From the NCBI GenBank assembly GCA_028678555.1, contig JAJRDF010000006.1:1-26247 (forward strand): a stretch of 26,247 bases of DNA, given 5' to 3'. Within the stretch, counting starts at the first letter, position 1; the number at the start of each line of letters is the position of its first letter. A program made the position numbers and the translations under genes. The notes beneath the pieces are model-generated. The model searched no databases and was not told the origin of the DNA. It saw nothing but the letters and a program-made list of their open reading frames with translations. The DNA is from Methanomicrobiales archaeon (GTDB lineage Archaea; Halobacteriota; Methanomicrobia; Methanomicrobiales; JACTUA01). Positions 1 to 8,448 of this stretch are shown here, piece after piece.

Positions 1-19
1 CCTCTTCTGTGAGAGGAGA

Positions 20-188
20 CGGGAGGGGGCCAGCCCCCTCCCGGTCCCTCCCCCGTGAGGATGGCTGCTCCAAGTCGGTTTATTATCCAACTGGATCTTC
101 TCTTTGGAAGAACACCGAAGATCCGCCCATCCTCACCGGGGGGGGGCGCCCACGCGGCGGGGGGCGGAGCCCCCCTGGAGCGTCTCAC
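20..188 (-). repeat. Dispersed structured intergenic repeat, copy A
   Basis: Hairpin CGGGAGGGGG-ccag-CCCCCTCCCG at 20-43; internal 10-bp stem GTGAGGATGG(55-64)/CCATCCTCAC(127-136); end block CCCACGCGGCGGGGG...GAGCGTCTCAC shared with copies at 5133, 23608 and 25389. Strand is given for the GTGAGACG-first orientation. Confidence 0.9.
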
Positions 189-301
189 TCGTAGTATGAA
201 AATGAGAACAAACCGCAGACCCGATTCGTGAAATAATCGTCATCAGAAATCTAGATGTGGGGGGACCAGCTTCCTCCCGGCCCCGCTCACGACCTCCACG
301 G

Positions 302-3088
302 CTATTCCAGCACGATCGCCGGCTTGAACGGGAGCGCTGATCCCGCCTTCGCCTGGGTGGCCTCTTCTGCCGGGATAATCCGGACCGGAATCCCGAACTC
401 CTTCTCCAGGAACGGGAGGGCCGCGCCGAAGACGGCAGCCTCGTCCACGGCCCCGGCCAGGAGGTCCCTGACCAGCTCCGGAGGGAACCTGTGGATGAGT
501 GCGGTGATCTGCTTCACCGCATCGGCCGATGCCTTTCCCCGCTTCCGCATCCCTGCATCCTGCATGACGAGCCGGGTAGCATCCTTCTTCTCCGCCGCAC
601 CGGCGATGATGCGGAAGATCTCCCATTTCCATGCCGGTGCGGTGATCAGGACCACCGCCTTCGGGGTCATGGGGAGGAGCTTCCGGATGGACTCCACGTC
701 CTCCACGGTCCGGAGGAGCAGCTCCTCCGCGAGCTCGCTCTTCCGGTCCGCCCGCTTCTCATCGGGAACCGGCCAGGGGGCGAAGGCCACGGGCCCCTTC
801 CCCCCCGTGGCCTCCCAGAGGTCCTCGCAGGTGTAGGGGATGAAGGGGGCCAGCAGCCGGACCCAGGCAGAGCAGAGATCCCGGATGGCGTCTCCCTTCA
901 GGGTCCCGTCCGGGCTCCGGCGCCGGTACCACTTCAGGTCCGCCTCGATCCCGAACCAGGCCTCCTGGAGCGCCTGGCGGGTCTGGAAGTTCCGGAGGGC
1001 ATCTGTCGCCCGGGCAATCCTGCCCTGGAGCCGGGACGTGAGCCATGCATCGATCCCGCTCCCCTGACCGGCGCCTGCCTCAAGGCCCTCGTGGACCAGG
1101 TTCCAGAACCGCTCGATCTGGCGGCGGGTGGACGCCACCAGCTCGTTCCTCCAGTCAAAGTCCTGCCAGGGCTCTGCACTCCCGACAAGGAACATCCGGA
1201 CGGTATCTGCCCCGAACTCGTCGATGGCGTCCGAGAGGAGAACGACATTCCCCTTGGACGAGGACATCTTGGCGCCGTTCAGGAGGCCCATCCCGAAGAC
1301 CACCATCCCCTTCGGCTGGAATTCGGGGGGAAAGATGGCCCGGTGGTGAAAGAGCTGGAAGGTCAGGTGGTTGGAGATCAGGTCCTTTGCCGAGAACCGG
1401 AAGTTGTACGGGTACCAGTAGAGGAACTCCTTCCGGATCCGGTCCAGCGTCTCCCGGGGAACGGTGGCGGGGTTCCCCTTCCCCAGGAAGAGGTAATCAA
1501 AGACCTCCGGGGTGAGCTTCTCGGGCGGGATCGCCTTCATGTGGTGGGCGACCGTGTAGTAGGCCATGTAGATGGTGGAGTCCGAGAGGGGTTCCACGAT
1601 CCACTCCCTGTCCCAGGGGAGCCGGGTGCCGAGGCCCACCCTTCGGGTGCAGGCCCAGTCTTTCAGCCAGTCCACGGTGCGGGAGAACTCGGCCCGGGTC
1701 TCGGCCGGCACGAGAGCCATCTTCTCCAGCTGATCGTGGATCTCTGCCTTCCATTCGGGATTGCTGTACTGCAGGAACCACTGGTCGTGCAGGATCCGGA
1801 CCGTCACCCGCCCCCCGCACCGGCAGACTACCGGCCGGGTATCGAAGTCAAACATGGGAACAGATCCGTACTTGTCCTGCATCTCCACCGTCACCAGGTC
1901 CCGGGTTTCCCTGACAGACTTCCCGCCGAATTGCGGGAGCATCCGGCCCCGGGCGAACTCGGCGCTGTACACCTCCTGGGTGACCGACTCCAGCCGCGGG
2001 TCGTTCTGGTCTTGAATCCCGGCACGCTCCACCGCGTCCTTTGCCGGGAATTTCCCGTATCCCTCCACGGTGAGGAGGCTCACCGGTGTCACGCCGGCCG
2101 CCTGGCCTTTCTCCTGGAGGTCCCGGAGGGCGATGTAGTCAAAGGGTGCGTGGGCGGGAACCGACATCACGATCCCGCTGGCCATGTCCGGGTCCACGAA
2201 CGCTGCCGGAAATAGGGATACCTTCCCGCAGAGCGGGTGGGAGACGGTCTTTCCCACAAGGTCCGATCCCTTCACCTGGCCCACCTCCTCAACAGTATGG
2301 TCCTGGTTCCGGAGTTTCTCGGCTGCTTCCCGCGAGAGGATCCACTCCTTCCCGTCCACACGGGCCCTGACGTAGGTGACTGCCGGGTTCACCCAGAGGT
2401 TCGTGACGCCGTGGATGGTCTCGGGGCGGAGGGTGGCGGTGGGGATCAGCGCCCCGTCATACGAGAACATGACGAGGACAAACCGGATGATCTCGGACTT
2501 GTCTCCCTCCAGGAGGTCATGGTCCCCCACAGGGTTCTCGCACTGGGGGCAGTACTTCACCGGGTGGACGCCCTTCACCACGTAGCCCTTCCGGGAGAGG
2601 TGGCCGTACTGCCATTCGATGAACTTGCTGTACTGGGGGTCCACGGTGATGAACCGGCGGCGCCAGTCAATGGAGAGCCCCAGCCGGCGCATGATCTGCT
2701 CGTACTCCCCGGCAAAGTACCGGACGATCACCATGGGGTCCGTGAAGGTTTCCAGCACATCGGGCGGAACCCGGTACAGGTCCCGGTAGAGCCAGACCGC
2801 CTTCTCGTCCTTTTTCGCGATCCGCCGCGAGATGCCGATGACCGGAGTTCCCGTTACGTGGAATCCCATCGGGAACAGCACCTGCCGGCCCTGCATCCGG
2901 TGGAAACGGGCGATGATATCCGGCACCGTGTAGGTGCGGCCGTGGCCCACGTGCATGGCCCCGCTGGGATACGGGAACGCCACGTTGACGTAGCACTTCC
3001 CCTTTCCCGAGGGATCGGCCTCGAACTCCTTTCCCCACCGTGCCGAGAAACGCCCCTCCAGATCCTTGAGGTCCAGTGCCTTCTCCAT
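302..3088 (-). CDS. leuS: Leucyl-tRNA synthetase (archaeal type)
   Basis: FPYPSGAMHVGH (HIGH-like) and KMSSSKGN motifs, CxxC knuckles and an editing domain. ATG at 3088 has GGAGG upstream; the track's GTG at 3106, which overlaps the upstream stop, is an alternative start. Confidence 0.97.
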   Translation of the reverse strand: MEKALDLKDLEGRFSARWGKEFEADPSGKGKCYVNVAFPYPSGAMHVGHGRTYTVPDIIARFHRMQGRQVLFPMGFHVTGTPVIGISRRIAKKDEKAVWLYRDLYRVPPDVLETFTDPMVIVRYFAGEYEQIMRRLGLSIDWRRRFITVDPQYSKFIEWQYGHLSRKGYVVKGVHPVKYCPQCENPVGDHDLLEGDKSEIIRFVLVMFSYDGALIPTATLRPETIHGVTNLWVNPAVTYVRARVDGKEWILSREAAEKLRNQDHTVEEVGQVKGSDLVGKTVSHPLCGKVSLFPAAFVDPDMASGIVMSVPAHAPFDYIALRDLQEKGQAAGVTPVSLLTVEGYGKFPAKDAVERAGIQDQNDPRLESVTQEVYSAEFARGRMLPQFGGKSVRETRDLVTVEMQDKYGSVPMFDFDTRPVVCRCGGRVTVRILHDQWFLQYSNPEWKAEIHDQLEKMALVPAETRAEFSRTVDWLKDWACTRRVGLGTRLPWDREWIVEPLSDSTIYMAYYTVAHHMKAIPPEKLTPEVFDYLFLGKGNPATVPRETLDRIRKEFLYWYPYNFRFSAKDLISNHLTFQLFHHRAIFPPEFQPKGMVVFGMGLLNGAKMSSSKGNVVLLSDAIDEFGADTVRMFLVGSAEPWQDFDWRNELVASTRRQIERFWNLVHEGLEAGAGQGSGIDAWLTSRLQGRIARATDALRNFQTRQALQEAWFGIEADLKWYRRRSPDGTLKGDAIRDLCSAWVRLLAPFIPYTCEDLWEATGGKGPVAFAPWPVPDEKRADRKSELAEELLLRTVEDVESIRKLLPMTPKAVVLITAPAWKWEIFRIIAGAAEKKDATRLVMQDAGMRKRGKASADAVKQITALIHRFPPELVRDLLAGAVDEAAVFGAALPFLEKEFGIPVRIIPAEEATQAKAGSALPFKPAIVLE

Positions 3089-3102
3089 CCTGGAACCTCC
3101 GG

Positions 3103-4962
3103 TCACACCGGCCGCAGCCGGATGGCCTCGCCGTTCTGGAGCCTGCGGAGCAGTTCCTGGGCGATGGTGCTGGACCGGGCCAGGTGGATCTCCCCCTCGT
3201 CCGCCACCGTGGCGGTGAAGAGGTACTCCTTCCCGGCAAAGAGGTCCACGATCTTCCCGCGGTACTCGGGGGCGATGATGGCCAGGTTCTTCCGGTCGGT
3301 CTTCACCCGGACACCCCCTTCCAGCGGGATCTCCTCTTCCTGCGGCGGCTTCTCCAGCTCGGTACGGGGACGGATGTCGATCCCGACCCCCAGCTTGTTC
3401 ACGATGCCCGAGACGTTCTTCCCGCCCTTCCCGATGGCGGCGGGGACGTCCTTGTCATCGATATACACCACGGCTTTTGTGTCGGTGACCATCCGTACAT
3501 CCACGAAGCCGTCCGTGTACCGGCCCAGTTCCCGCTGGATCTCCTTTTCGGTCAGCTTCCGGGAGACCTTCTCCTCGCCCTTCTGTACCGGGGCTGTGGT
3601 GGCAGCCCCCTCCCCGCGGCCTGCAGGGAGGAGGATCGTCTCCCCGTCATACCGGAAAATCTCCAGTTCCGTCTCACCCGTTTCATGGTTCCGGACCGAG
3701 ATCACCGGTTTCATGTTCACCTCCCCGCTCATGCCGGAGGGGATCCGGAGGCCCAGGTCCAGCTCATAGACCCGGGTGATCTCCCCGTCGATCATGAAGA
3801 AGATCGTGTGGATCACCTGCGGGAGGACAGAGAAATCCACCCGGGCCAGGAACCGCTGGAGGGCATCCTTCACCTCCAGTGCATGGACCACCCCCACCAT
3901 GCCGATCCCGGCGAGGCGCATGTCGGTGAAGACCCCGAAATCCTCGTTCCTGCGCAGCTCGTCAAAGACGACGTACTCGGGCCGCATCAGCATCAGGACC
4001 TCGGCAGTGCCCTGCATGGATCCTTCCAGAGACGTGTACTGGGTGATCTGGTCCGGTACCTGCAGGTCCCGCGGAGACTCCATGGTCTTCACGACATAGC
4101 CGTGATCCGAGAGGAACGTGGCAATGGACTGGGCGAGCGTGGTCTTCCCGGAACCCGGCGGTCCCGCAATCAGTACTCCCCTTTTGTCGCCGATCAGGCG
4201 CTTCTTTAAGATCCCGTTCTTCTGGAAATCATCCAGCTTCATGGACCGGAGGGGCCGGATCGCCGAGATCTCGGTCCCGTCCGAGAAGGGTTTCCTGGCG
4301 ATGGCGATCCGCATGGCCCCGATCTGGACCACGGTGACCCCCCGCTTCTCCATCTCGATGAAGCCGGTGGGGTCCCGCTTCGCCCGCTCCAGGATCTCCT
4401 GCGCCATGGCCCGGAGTTCGTACTCCATGGAGGGGGCATCCCGGATCTTCACCAGGCGCATCTCCTTCATGGTCCCCTTCCGGGCTACGGGCGGCATCCG
4501 CTCCTTCAGGTAGACCGCCTGGGTCTGGTCATCGAAATACTGCTCGATCCCCAGGGGGGGAAATTCCCCCATCTGGGGTTTCAAATACAGGACATCCAGC
4601 CCCTTGGCCTTGGCCACCTCGGCCTGGACGATATCGCTCGTGATGAACCGGGCACCTGCCTCTATCGCCGCGTTCCGTATGATCGCATCGATCTCGCCGC
4701 CGCTGGCCAGCTTCACCTGGTCCAGGGTGGGGCGTACCCCCACGTACTGGATCGTGACCGCCCCCTCCCGGGACATCCGGGAGAGCTGCTGGAGTTCCGC
4801 GAGCCCCAGGAAGCCTATCTCCCTTCCCTGGTTTGCCTGGGCTTCCAGCTCCGCAACCACGGCCTCGGGGATGATTATCGTGGCATCCTTGTATTCCCCG
4901 GTCTTGAGCATGCCGGTGATCCGGCCGTCGATCACCGCACTGGTATCCGGCACCAGTTTCAT
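3103..4962 (-). CDS. PIN-domain/ATPase/KH protein (PINc/VapC family ATPase, PINA-like)
   Basis: N-terminal PIN (VPDTSAVIDG...AELE...FITSD), Walker A GPPGSGKTT, Walker B VVFDELR, C-terminal KH GxxG (AIGKGGKNV). RBS GAGGTGTGA upstream. Confidence 0.9.
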   Translation of the reverse strand: MKLVPDTSAVIDGRITGMLKTGEYKDATIIIPEAVVAELEAQANQGREIGFLGLAELQQLSRMSREGAVTIQYVGVRPTLDQVKLASGGEIDAIIRNAAIEAGARFITSDIVQAEVAKAKGLDVLYLKPQMGEFPPLGIEQYFDDQTQAVYLKERMPPVARKGTMKEMRLVKIRDAPSMEYELRAMAQEILERAKRDPTGFIEMEKRGVTVVQIGAMRIAIARKPFSDGTEISAIRPLRSMKLDDFQKNGILKKRLIGDKRGVLIAGPPGSGKTTLAQSIATFLSDHGYVVKTMESPRDLQVPDQITQYTSLEGSMQGTAEVLMLMRPEYVVFDELRRNEDFGVFTDMRLAGIGMVGVVHALEVKDALQRFLARVDFSVLPQVIHTIFFMIDGEITRVYELDLGLRIPSGMSGEVNMKPVISVRNHETGETELEIFRYDGETILLPAGRGEGAATTAPVQKGEEKVSRKLTEKEIQRELGRYTDGFVDVRMVTDTKAVVYIDDKDVPAAIGKGGKNVSGIVNKLGVGIDIRPRTELEKPPQEEEIPLEGGVRVKTDRKNLAIIAPEYRGKIVDLFAGKEYLFTATVADEGEIHLARSSTIAQELLRRLQNGEAIRLRPV

Positions 4963-5054
4963 AAAAACTTCACACCTCGGGTCTTCGCGCTATCGTATCA
5001 GGGCGTATTGTATCTCCCTGTCGTGCCCTGATGTGGAAGAGGTATCTCGGGTTC

Positions 5055-5080
5055 GGTATAATTTCCTTTTCTTTTTTATT
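5055..5080 (-). promoter_or_regulatory. Candidate BRE/TATA for the PIN-ATPase/leuS unit
   Basis: The minus strand reads AATAAAAAAGAAAAGGAAATTATACC, an AT-rich patch about 95 bp upstream of ATG 4962. Confidence 0.35.
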
Positions 5081-5132
5081 CCGGGTAATGAGGATCGCAA
5101 ACCGCAGGATCCGGGTCACAGGGCATATGCAG

Positions 5133-5274
5133 CGGGAGGGGGGACGCCCCCTCCCGACCTCCCCCGTGAGGATAGCCAGTTGTCCGGTTTATGACTCCGA
5201 AGCGGGGCAGTCCCGATCAACCGGGGGGGGCGCCCACGCGGCGGGGGGACCGTCAGGTCCCCCCCTGGAGCGTC
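5133..5274 (-). repeat. Dispersed structured intergenic repeat, copy B
   Basis: CGGGAGGGGG-gacg-CCCCCTCCCG (5133-5156), CCCCCGTGAGGATAG, ACCGGGGGGGGCGCCCACGCGGCGGGGGG and CCCCCTGGAGCGTC all match copy A. Confidence 0.9.
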
Positions 5275-5346
5275 CCCCTGGTAATCAACACTCCCGTGAA
5301 CCGGCCAAGGGCACATTGGAGACAGGAACGGCGTGGTACCTTGCGG

Positions 5347-5390
5347 CGGGAGGGGGCACACCCCCTCCCGGCCCCACCCCAGTGAGGATA
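5347..5390 (-). repeat. Half copy (hairpin end only) of the dispersed repeat, copy B'
   Basis: CGGGAGGGGG-caca-CCCCCTCCCG followed by GCCCCACCCCAGTGAGGATA; no GAGCGTC end block follows. Confidence 0.85.
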
Positions 5391-5445
5391 TCCTGACCCG
5401 TACCAATTTGTCAGAGCCGGCGAATGGATTACTGTGACCTGAATG

Positions 5446-5802
5446 CTACTTCCGGTACACCTGGTCGGGGTCAAAGACCTTCCTCGCGATCTCCCGGCCG
5501 TCCAGGGTGCGGAAGAAGCAGGAGTAGTGGCCGGTATGGCAGGCGGCCCCCTCCTGCTCCACCTCGTAGAGGAGGGTGTCCTCATCACAGTCCACGAGAA
5601 TCCGGACTACCCGCTGCAGGTGGCCGCTCTCCTCCCCCTTCTTCCAGATCTTCTTCCGGCTCCGGGAGTAATAGTGGGCATAACCGGTGGATCGTGTGAG
5701 ATCCACCGCTTCCCGGTTCGCCCAGGCCACCATCAGCACCTCCCGGCTGCCGTGGTCCACCACCACCACCGGGATCAGGTCATCGGTAAACTTCAGTTCC
5801 AT
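5446..5802 (-). CDS. hisI: Phosphoribosyl-AMP cyclohydrolase
   Basis: LIPVVVVD...[33 protein letters not shown] and [10 protein letters not shown] motifs. Confidence 0.97.
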   Translation of the reverse strand: MELKFTDDLIPVVVVDHGSREVLMVAWANREAVDLTRSTGYAHYYSRSRKKIWKKGEESGHLQRVVRILVDCDEDTLLYEVEQEGAACHTGHYSCFFRTLDGREIARKVFDPDQVYRK

Positions 5803-5805
5803 GGC

Positions 5806-6591
5806 TCATGCTCCTGCGATAAGACTCAGCACCGCGTAGAGGATATCCCCGAAGATCAGGGCAGTGAAGAACCCTGCGGCGATGGGCACAATGAACGGCA
5901 CCCCGTAGGAGATCCAGACCTGCCCTGCCTTCCGGTAGAGGGCCAGTTCTCTTGCATACTGCTCCGGGTGCTCCCTCAGGTCCCGGGTATAGACCCTGCC
6001 CTCCCCCTTCATCATCCGGGAAAGCGCCGTCCCGATGGGGATGAACCGTCGCTGCAGCCCTTCCGGGGTCTCCTCGAACTCCTCCATCACAAACCCGAAC
6101 GTGCGCTGGATCCCATCGCCGGGGACCGGGAACCCGAAGAAGGGGTAGGGGAGGGGGGCCCGGTGTCCCTTCCGGAGGTTATGGAGGGCGATCCCCAGGG
6201 GGGTCACCAGGTTCAGGATCACGGCATTGACCAGGACCGAGAAGGGCAAGAATCCCAGGGGCGGGTACCCTAGGAGGGGACGGAACGGGAACAGGGGAAC
6301 GCAGCATGCAATGAAGATCAGGGCGTAGGCGTCCGCACCGCCGAAGAGGCGAAGGTACGCGAAGAGGTAGAAGACGGCAGAGAAGAGGAGGGAGAGAAAG
6401 AGGTACTGGAGGGCCAGTTTCCAGTCCTGGGAGAAGAGCGCTGCATAGGTGAGGATGACCATGGGGACGGCCACGATCAGCATGGGGTACCAGGTCCGGA
6501 CCGGCACCCGCCGGTCCCTCAGGTCCAGCACCGACGCGTAGAGGAGGGTGATACCAATGGCGAGGGCCCCGGCCAGGAGAGGGAGAATCAT
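5806..6591 (-). CDS. A24-family prepilin/preflagellin peptidase (PibD/FlaK-like)
   Basis: Multi-TM protein with the N-terminal catalytic Asp region LDLRDRRV, GGAD aspartic motif and C-terminal WISYGVPFIVPI. Confidence 0.9.
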   Translation of the reverse strand: MILPLLAGALAIGITLLYASVLDLRDRRVPVRTWYPMLIVAVPMVILTYAALFSQDWKLALQYLFLSLLFSAVFYLFAYLRLFGGADAYALIFIACCVPLFPFRPLLGYPPLGFLPFSVLVNAVILNLVTPLGIALHNLRKGHRAPLPYPFFGFPVPGDGIQRTFGFVMEEFEETPEGLQRRFIPIGTALSRMMKGEGRVYTRDLREHPEQYARELALYRKAGQVWISYGVPFIVPIAAGFFTALIFGDILYAVLSLIAGA

Positions 6592-6660
6592 CGGTACCAG
6601 TTATTTTCCGGAGGATCACTTTATGCCTGGCGGTTTGGATTTTCGATAAACCGGAAGGAT

Positions 6661-6674
6661 ACAAGATATTTAAC
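6661..6674 (+). promoter_or_regulatory. Candidate BRE-TATA for the ferredoxin-V4R-hydrogenase unit
   Basis: ACAAGA followed by TATTTAAC, 28 nt upstream of TTG 6703. Confidence 0.5.
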
Positions 6675-6702
6675 GGATCACCTCCCATGTACCCGGATAG
6701 GG

Positions 6703-6957
6703 TTGTTTTCCGTGATTGAGATCCGGGTCGACGAGAATGCCTGCAACGGCTGCGGCCTCTGCGTCAAGGACTGCCCGATGCAGGTCTACGAGATGCGGGA
6801 TACCGTCCCTGTCCCCGTCAGGGTGGCGAGCTGCATGGGGTGCCTCTCCTGCCACGAGATCTGTCCTGCCCAGGCACTGGAGCACCGGGGCGTCCACCCC
6901 TCGCGGCGGCACTACATCGATATCCGCGTCTGCGAGATGCTGAACCGGGTGATCTGA
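6703..6957 (+). CDS. 2x[4Fe-4S] ferredoxin
   Basis: CNGCGLCVKDCP and CMGCLSCHEICP motifs. TTG start is uncertain (GTG at 6712 is an alternative). TGA overlaps the next ATG (TGATG). Confidence 0.9.
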   Translation: MFSVIEIRVDENACNGCGLCVKDCPMQVYEMRDTVPVPVRVASCMGCLSCHEICPAQALEHRGVHPSRRHYIDIRVCEMLNRVI

Positions 6958-7520
6958 TGGCGGAAGGGACAGTCCCGCAGGCAAAGGAGGCCGGTTCCGC
7001 CCCCACCGTGTACCGGTCTGAGGATGTGCCCCTGCAGTGTATCCCTCCTCCGGACGAGCTGGAAGACACGCTCCACGGCCTGATGAAACTGAACGGGCTC
7101 ATCATCCGTTCCCTGGAGGAGATCGCCGGGAGGGGTGCCAACGCCGTGACCTACCGGGCCGGGCGGAAGTACGGCCACGAGGTTGCAAAATACTTCCGCA
7201 AGATCGAGGACGTGGAGGAGGCCCTGAAGGAACTCTCCTACATCCTCCACGGTCAGTATACCATCGAGATCTGGAAGCCGGCAGACAAGGACCGGTACAT
7301 CATCGAGGAGAACGGGTCCACGTTCATCTACCTCGTCTTCCATGACTGCATCGTCCGCCAGACGCTCCGGAGGAACGGGCAGCCCCAGGGGGGGCCCCTC
7401 TGCCTGACCCTCTTCGGGTACGTGGTGGGGGCCATCGAGGAGATCACCGGCCGGAAGGCAAAGCTGGAGATCGTGCATACCGGCCCGAACGCCTGCCTGA
7501 AGAAACTGATCCTCCAGTAA
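6957..7520 (+). CDS. V4R (4-vinyl-reductase / hydrocarbon-binding) domain protein, 187 aa
   Basis: Pattern LEEIAGRGANAVTYRAGRKYG...HDCIVR...GPLCLTLFGYVVGAIEEITG...NACL with three spaced Cys. ATG 6957 is coupled to the ferredoxin stop. Confidence 0.8.
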   Translation: MAEGTVPQAKEAGSAPTVYRSEDVPLQCIPPPDELEDTLHGLMKLNGLIIRSLEEIAGRGANAVTYRAGRKYGHEVAKYFRKIEDVEEALKELSYILHGQYTIEIWKPADKDRYIIEENGSTFIYLVFHDCIVRQTLRRNGQPQGGPLCLTLFGYVVGAIEEITGRKAKLEIVHTGPNACLKKLILQ

Positions 7521-7530
7521 GGGTTCCGCC

Positions 7531-8448
7531 ATGAAGATTGCCATCGAAGAACTGGCCGGTTGTTCCGGCTGCACCATCGCCGTCCTGGATCTTCACGAGG
7601 CGCTGCTCGATATCCTGGAGAAGGCCGAGATCGTCTATGCACCCGTGATCATGGACGTGAAGGAGCCACCGGAGGGGATCGATATCGCCTTCGTGACCGG
7701 TGCCGTCAGGAACCGGGAGAACGAGGAGCGGCTGACCCTGATCCGGAAGCGGGCAAAGACGCTGGTCGCCTTCGGCACCTGCGCCTGCTACGGGGGCATC
7801 TCGGGGCTCTCCATGCTGGATTCGCCGGAGCACCTGATCCAGCACGTCTTCCGGGGGGTCTCCACCACCCGCCCGGACGCACCGATCCCGAAGGATGTCC
7901 CGAAGTTCCTGTACCGGGCGTTCGCCGTCGGTGACCTGGCCAGGATGGACTACTACATCACCGGCTGCCCCCCGAAGGAGATGTATCTCTCAAAGATCCT
8001 CCCGGCGCTCATCGCCGGCGAGGTGCCGGCCCTCTCCCGGAAGTCCGTCTGCTCGGAGTGCGACCGGACCATGGGCTCGGTGGATGGGTGGAAACTGAGA
8101 CGCCGCCACGAGGGGGTGCCGGACCGGGAGCACTGCCTGCTGGGCCAGGGGTACCTCTGCCTGGGGGCTGTCACGTTCGGCCGGTGCGGGGCATCCTGCC
8201 CCCACAGCAACGTGCCGTGCCATGGCTGCAACGGCCCGTCCCTGGACATCCTCCGGGAACCCTGCCGGGACATCTACAACATGATGATCCGCCGGATCGC
8301 GGACCTGACCGGGCACACCGAGGCGGAGATCGAGAAGGAGATGTATGACGTGGCCCACACCTTCTACCCCTTCACCATCGGTTCCCTGATCATGGAAGAC
8401 AAGGGGATCTCCAAGATCCGCGACCTGGTGCGGGAGAGGAGCCTGTGA
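7531..8448 (+). CDS. [NiFe]-hydrogenase small subunit, MvhG-like (group 3), cytoplasmic
   Basis: LAGCSGC, FGTCACYGG, GCPP proximal ligands; SVCSECDR, CLLGQGYLCLG, CGASCP and PCHGCNGP for medial/distal clusters. No Tat signal. Confidence 0.9.
   Translation: MKIAIEELAGCSGCTIAVLDLHEALLDILEKAEIVYAPVIMDVKEPPEGIDIAFVTGAVRNRENEERLTLIRKRAKTLVAFGTCACYGGISGLSMLDSPEHLIQHVFRGVSTTRPDAPIPKDVPKFLYRAFAVGDLARMDYYITGCPPKEMYLSKILPALIAGEVPALSRKSVCSECDRTMGSVDGWKLRRRHEGVPDREHCLLGQGYLCLGAVTFGRCGASCPHSNVPCHGCNGPSLDILREPCRDIYNMMIRRIADLTGHTEAEIEKEMYDVAHTFYPFTIGSLIMEDKGISKIRDLVRERSL

Noticed and set aside
231-241. AATAATCGTCA 11-mer, also at ~23788, near repeat copies A and C
   Set aside because: It lies on opposite sides of the element in the two cases and is absent near B and D. 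It is too short to support a claim.
3089-3106. PIN-ATPase/leuS coupling as a novel toxin-synthetase system
   Set aside because: PIN-ATPase-KH proteins are widespread conserved archaeal genes, no antitoxin is present, and adjacency alone is insufficient.
4997-5032. ATCAGGGC/GCCCTGAT stem in the PIN-ATPase leader as a riboswitch
   Set aside because: It is a single 8-bp stem with no recognisable aptamer features.
6840-6956. Longer start for the V4R gene
   Set aside because: It overlaps the ferredoxin in another frame; ATG 6957 is coupled to the ferredoxin stop.
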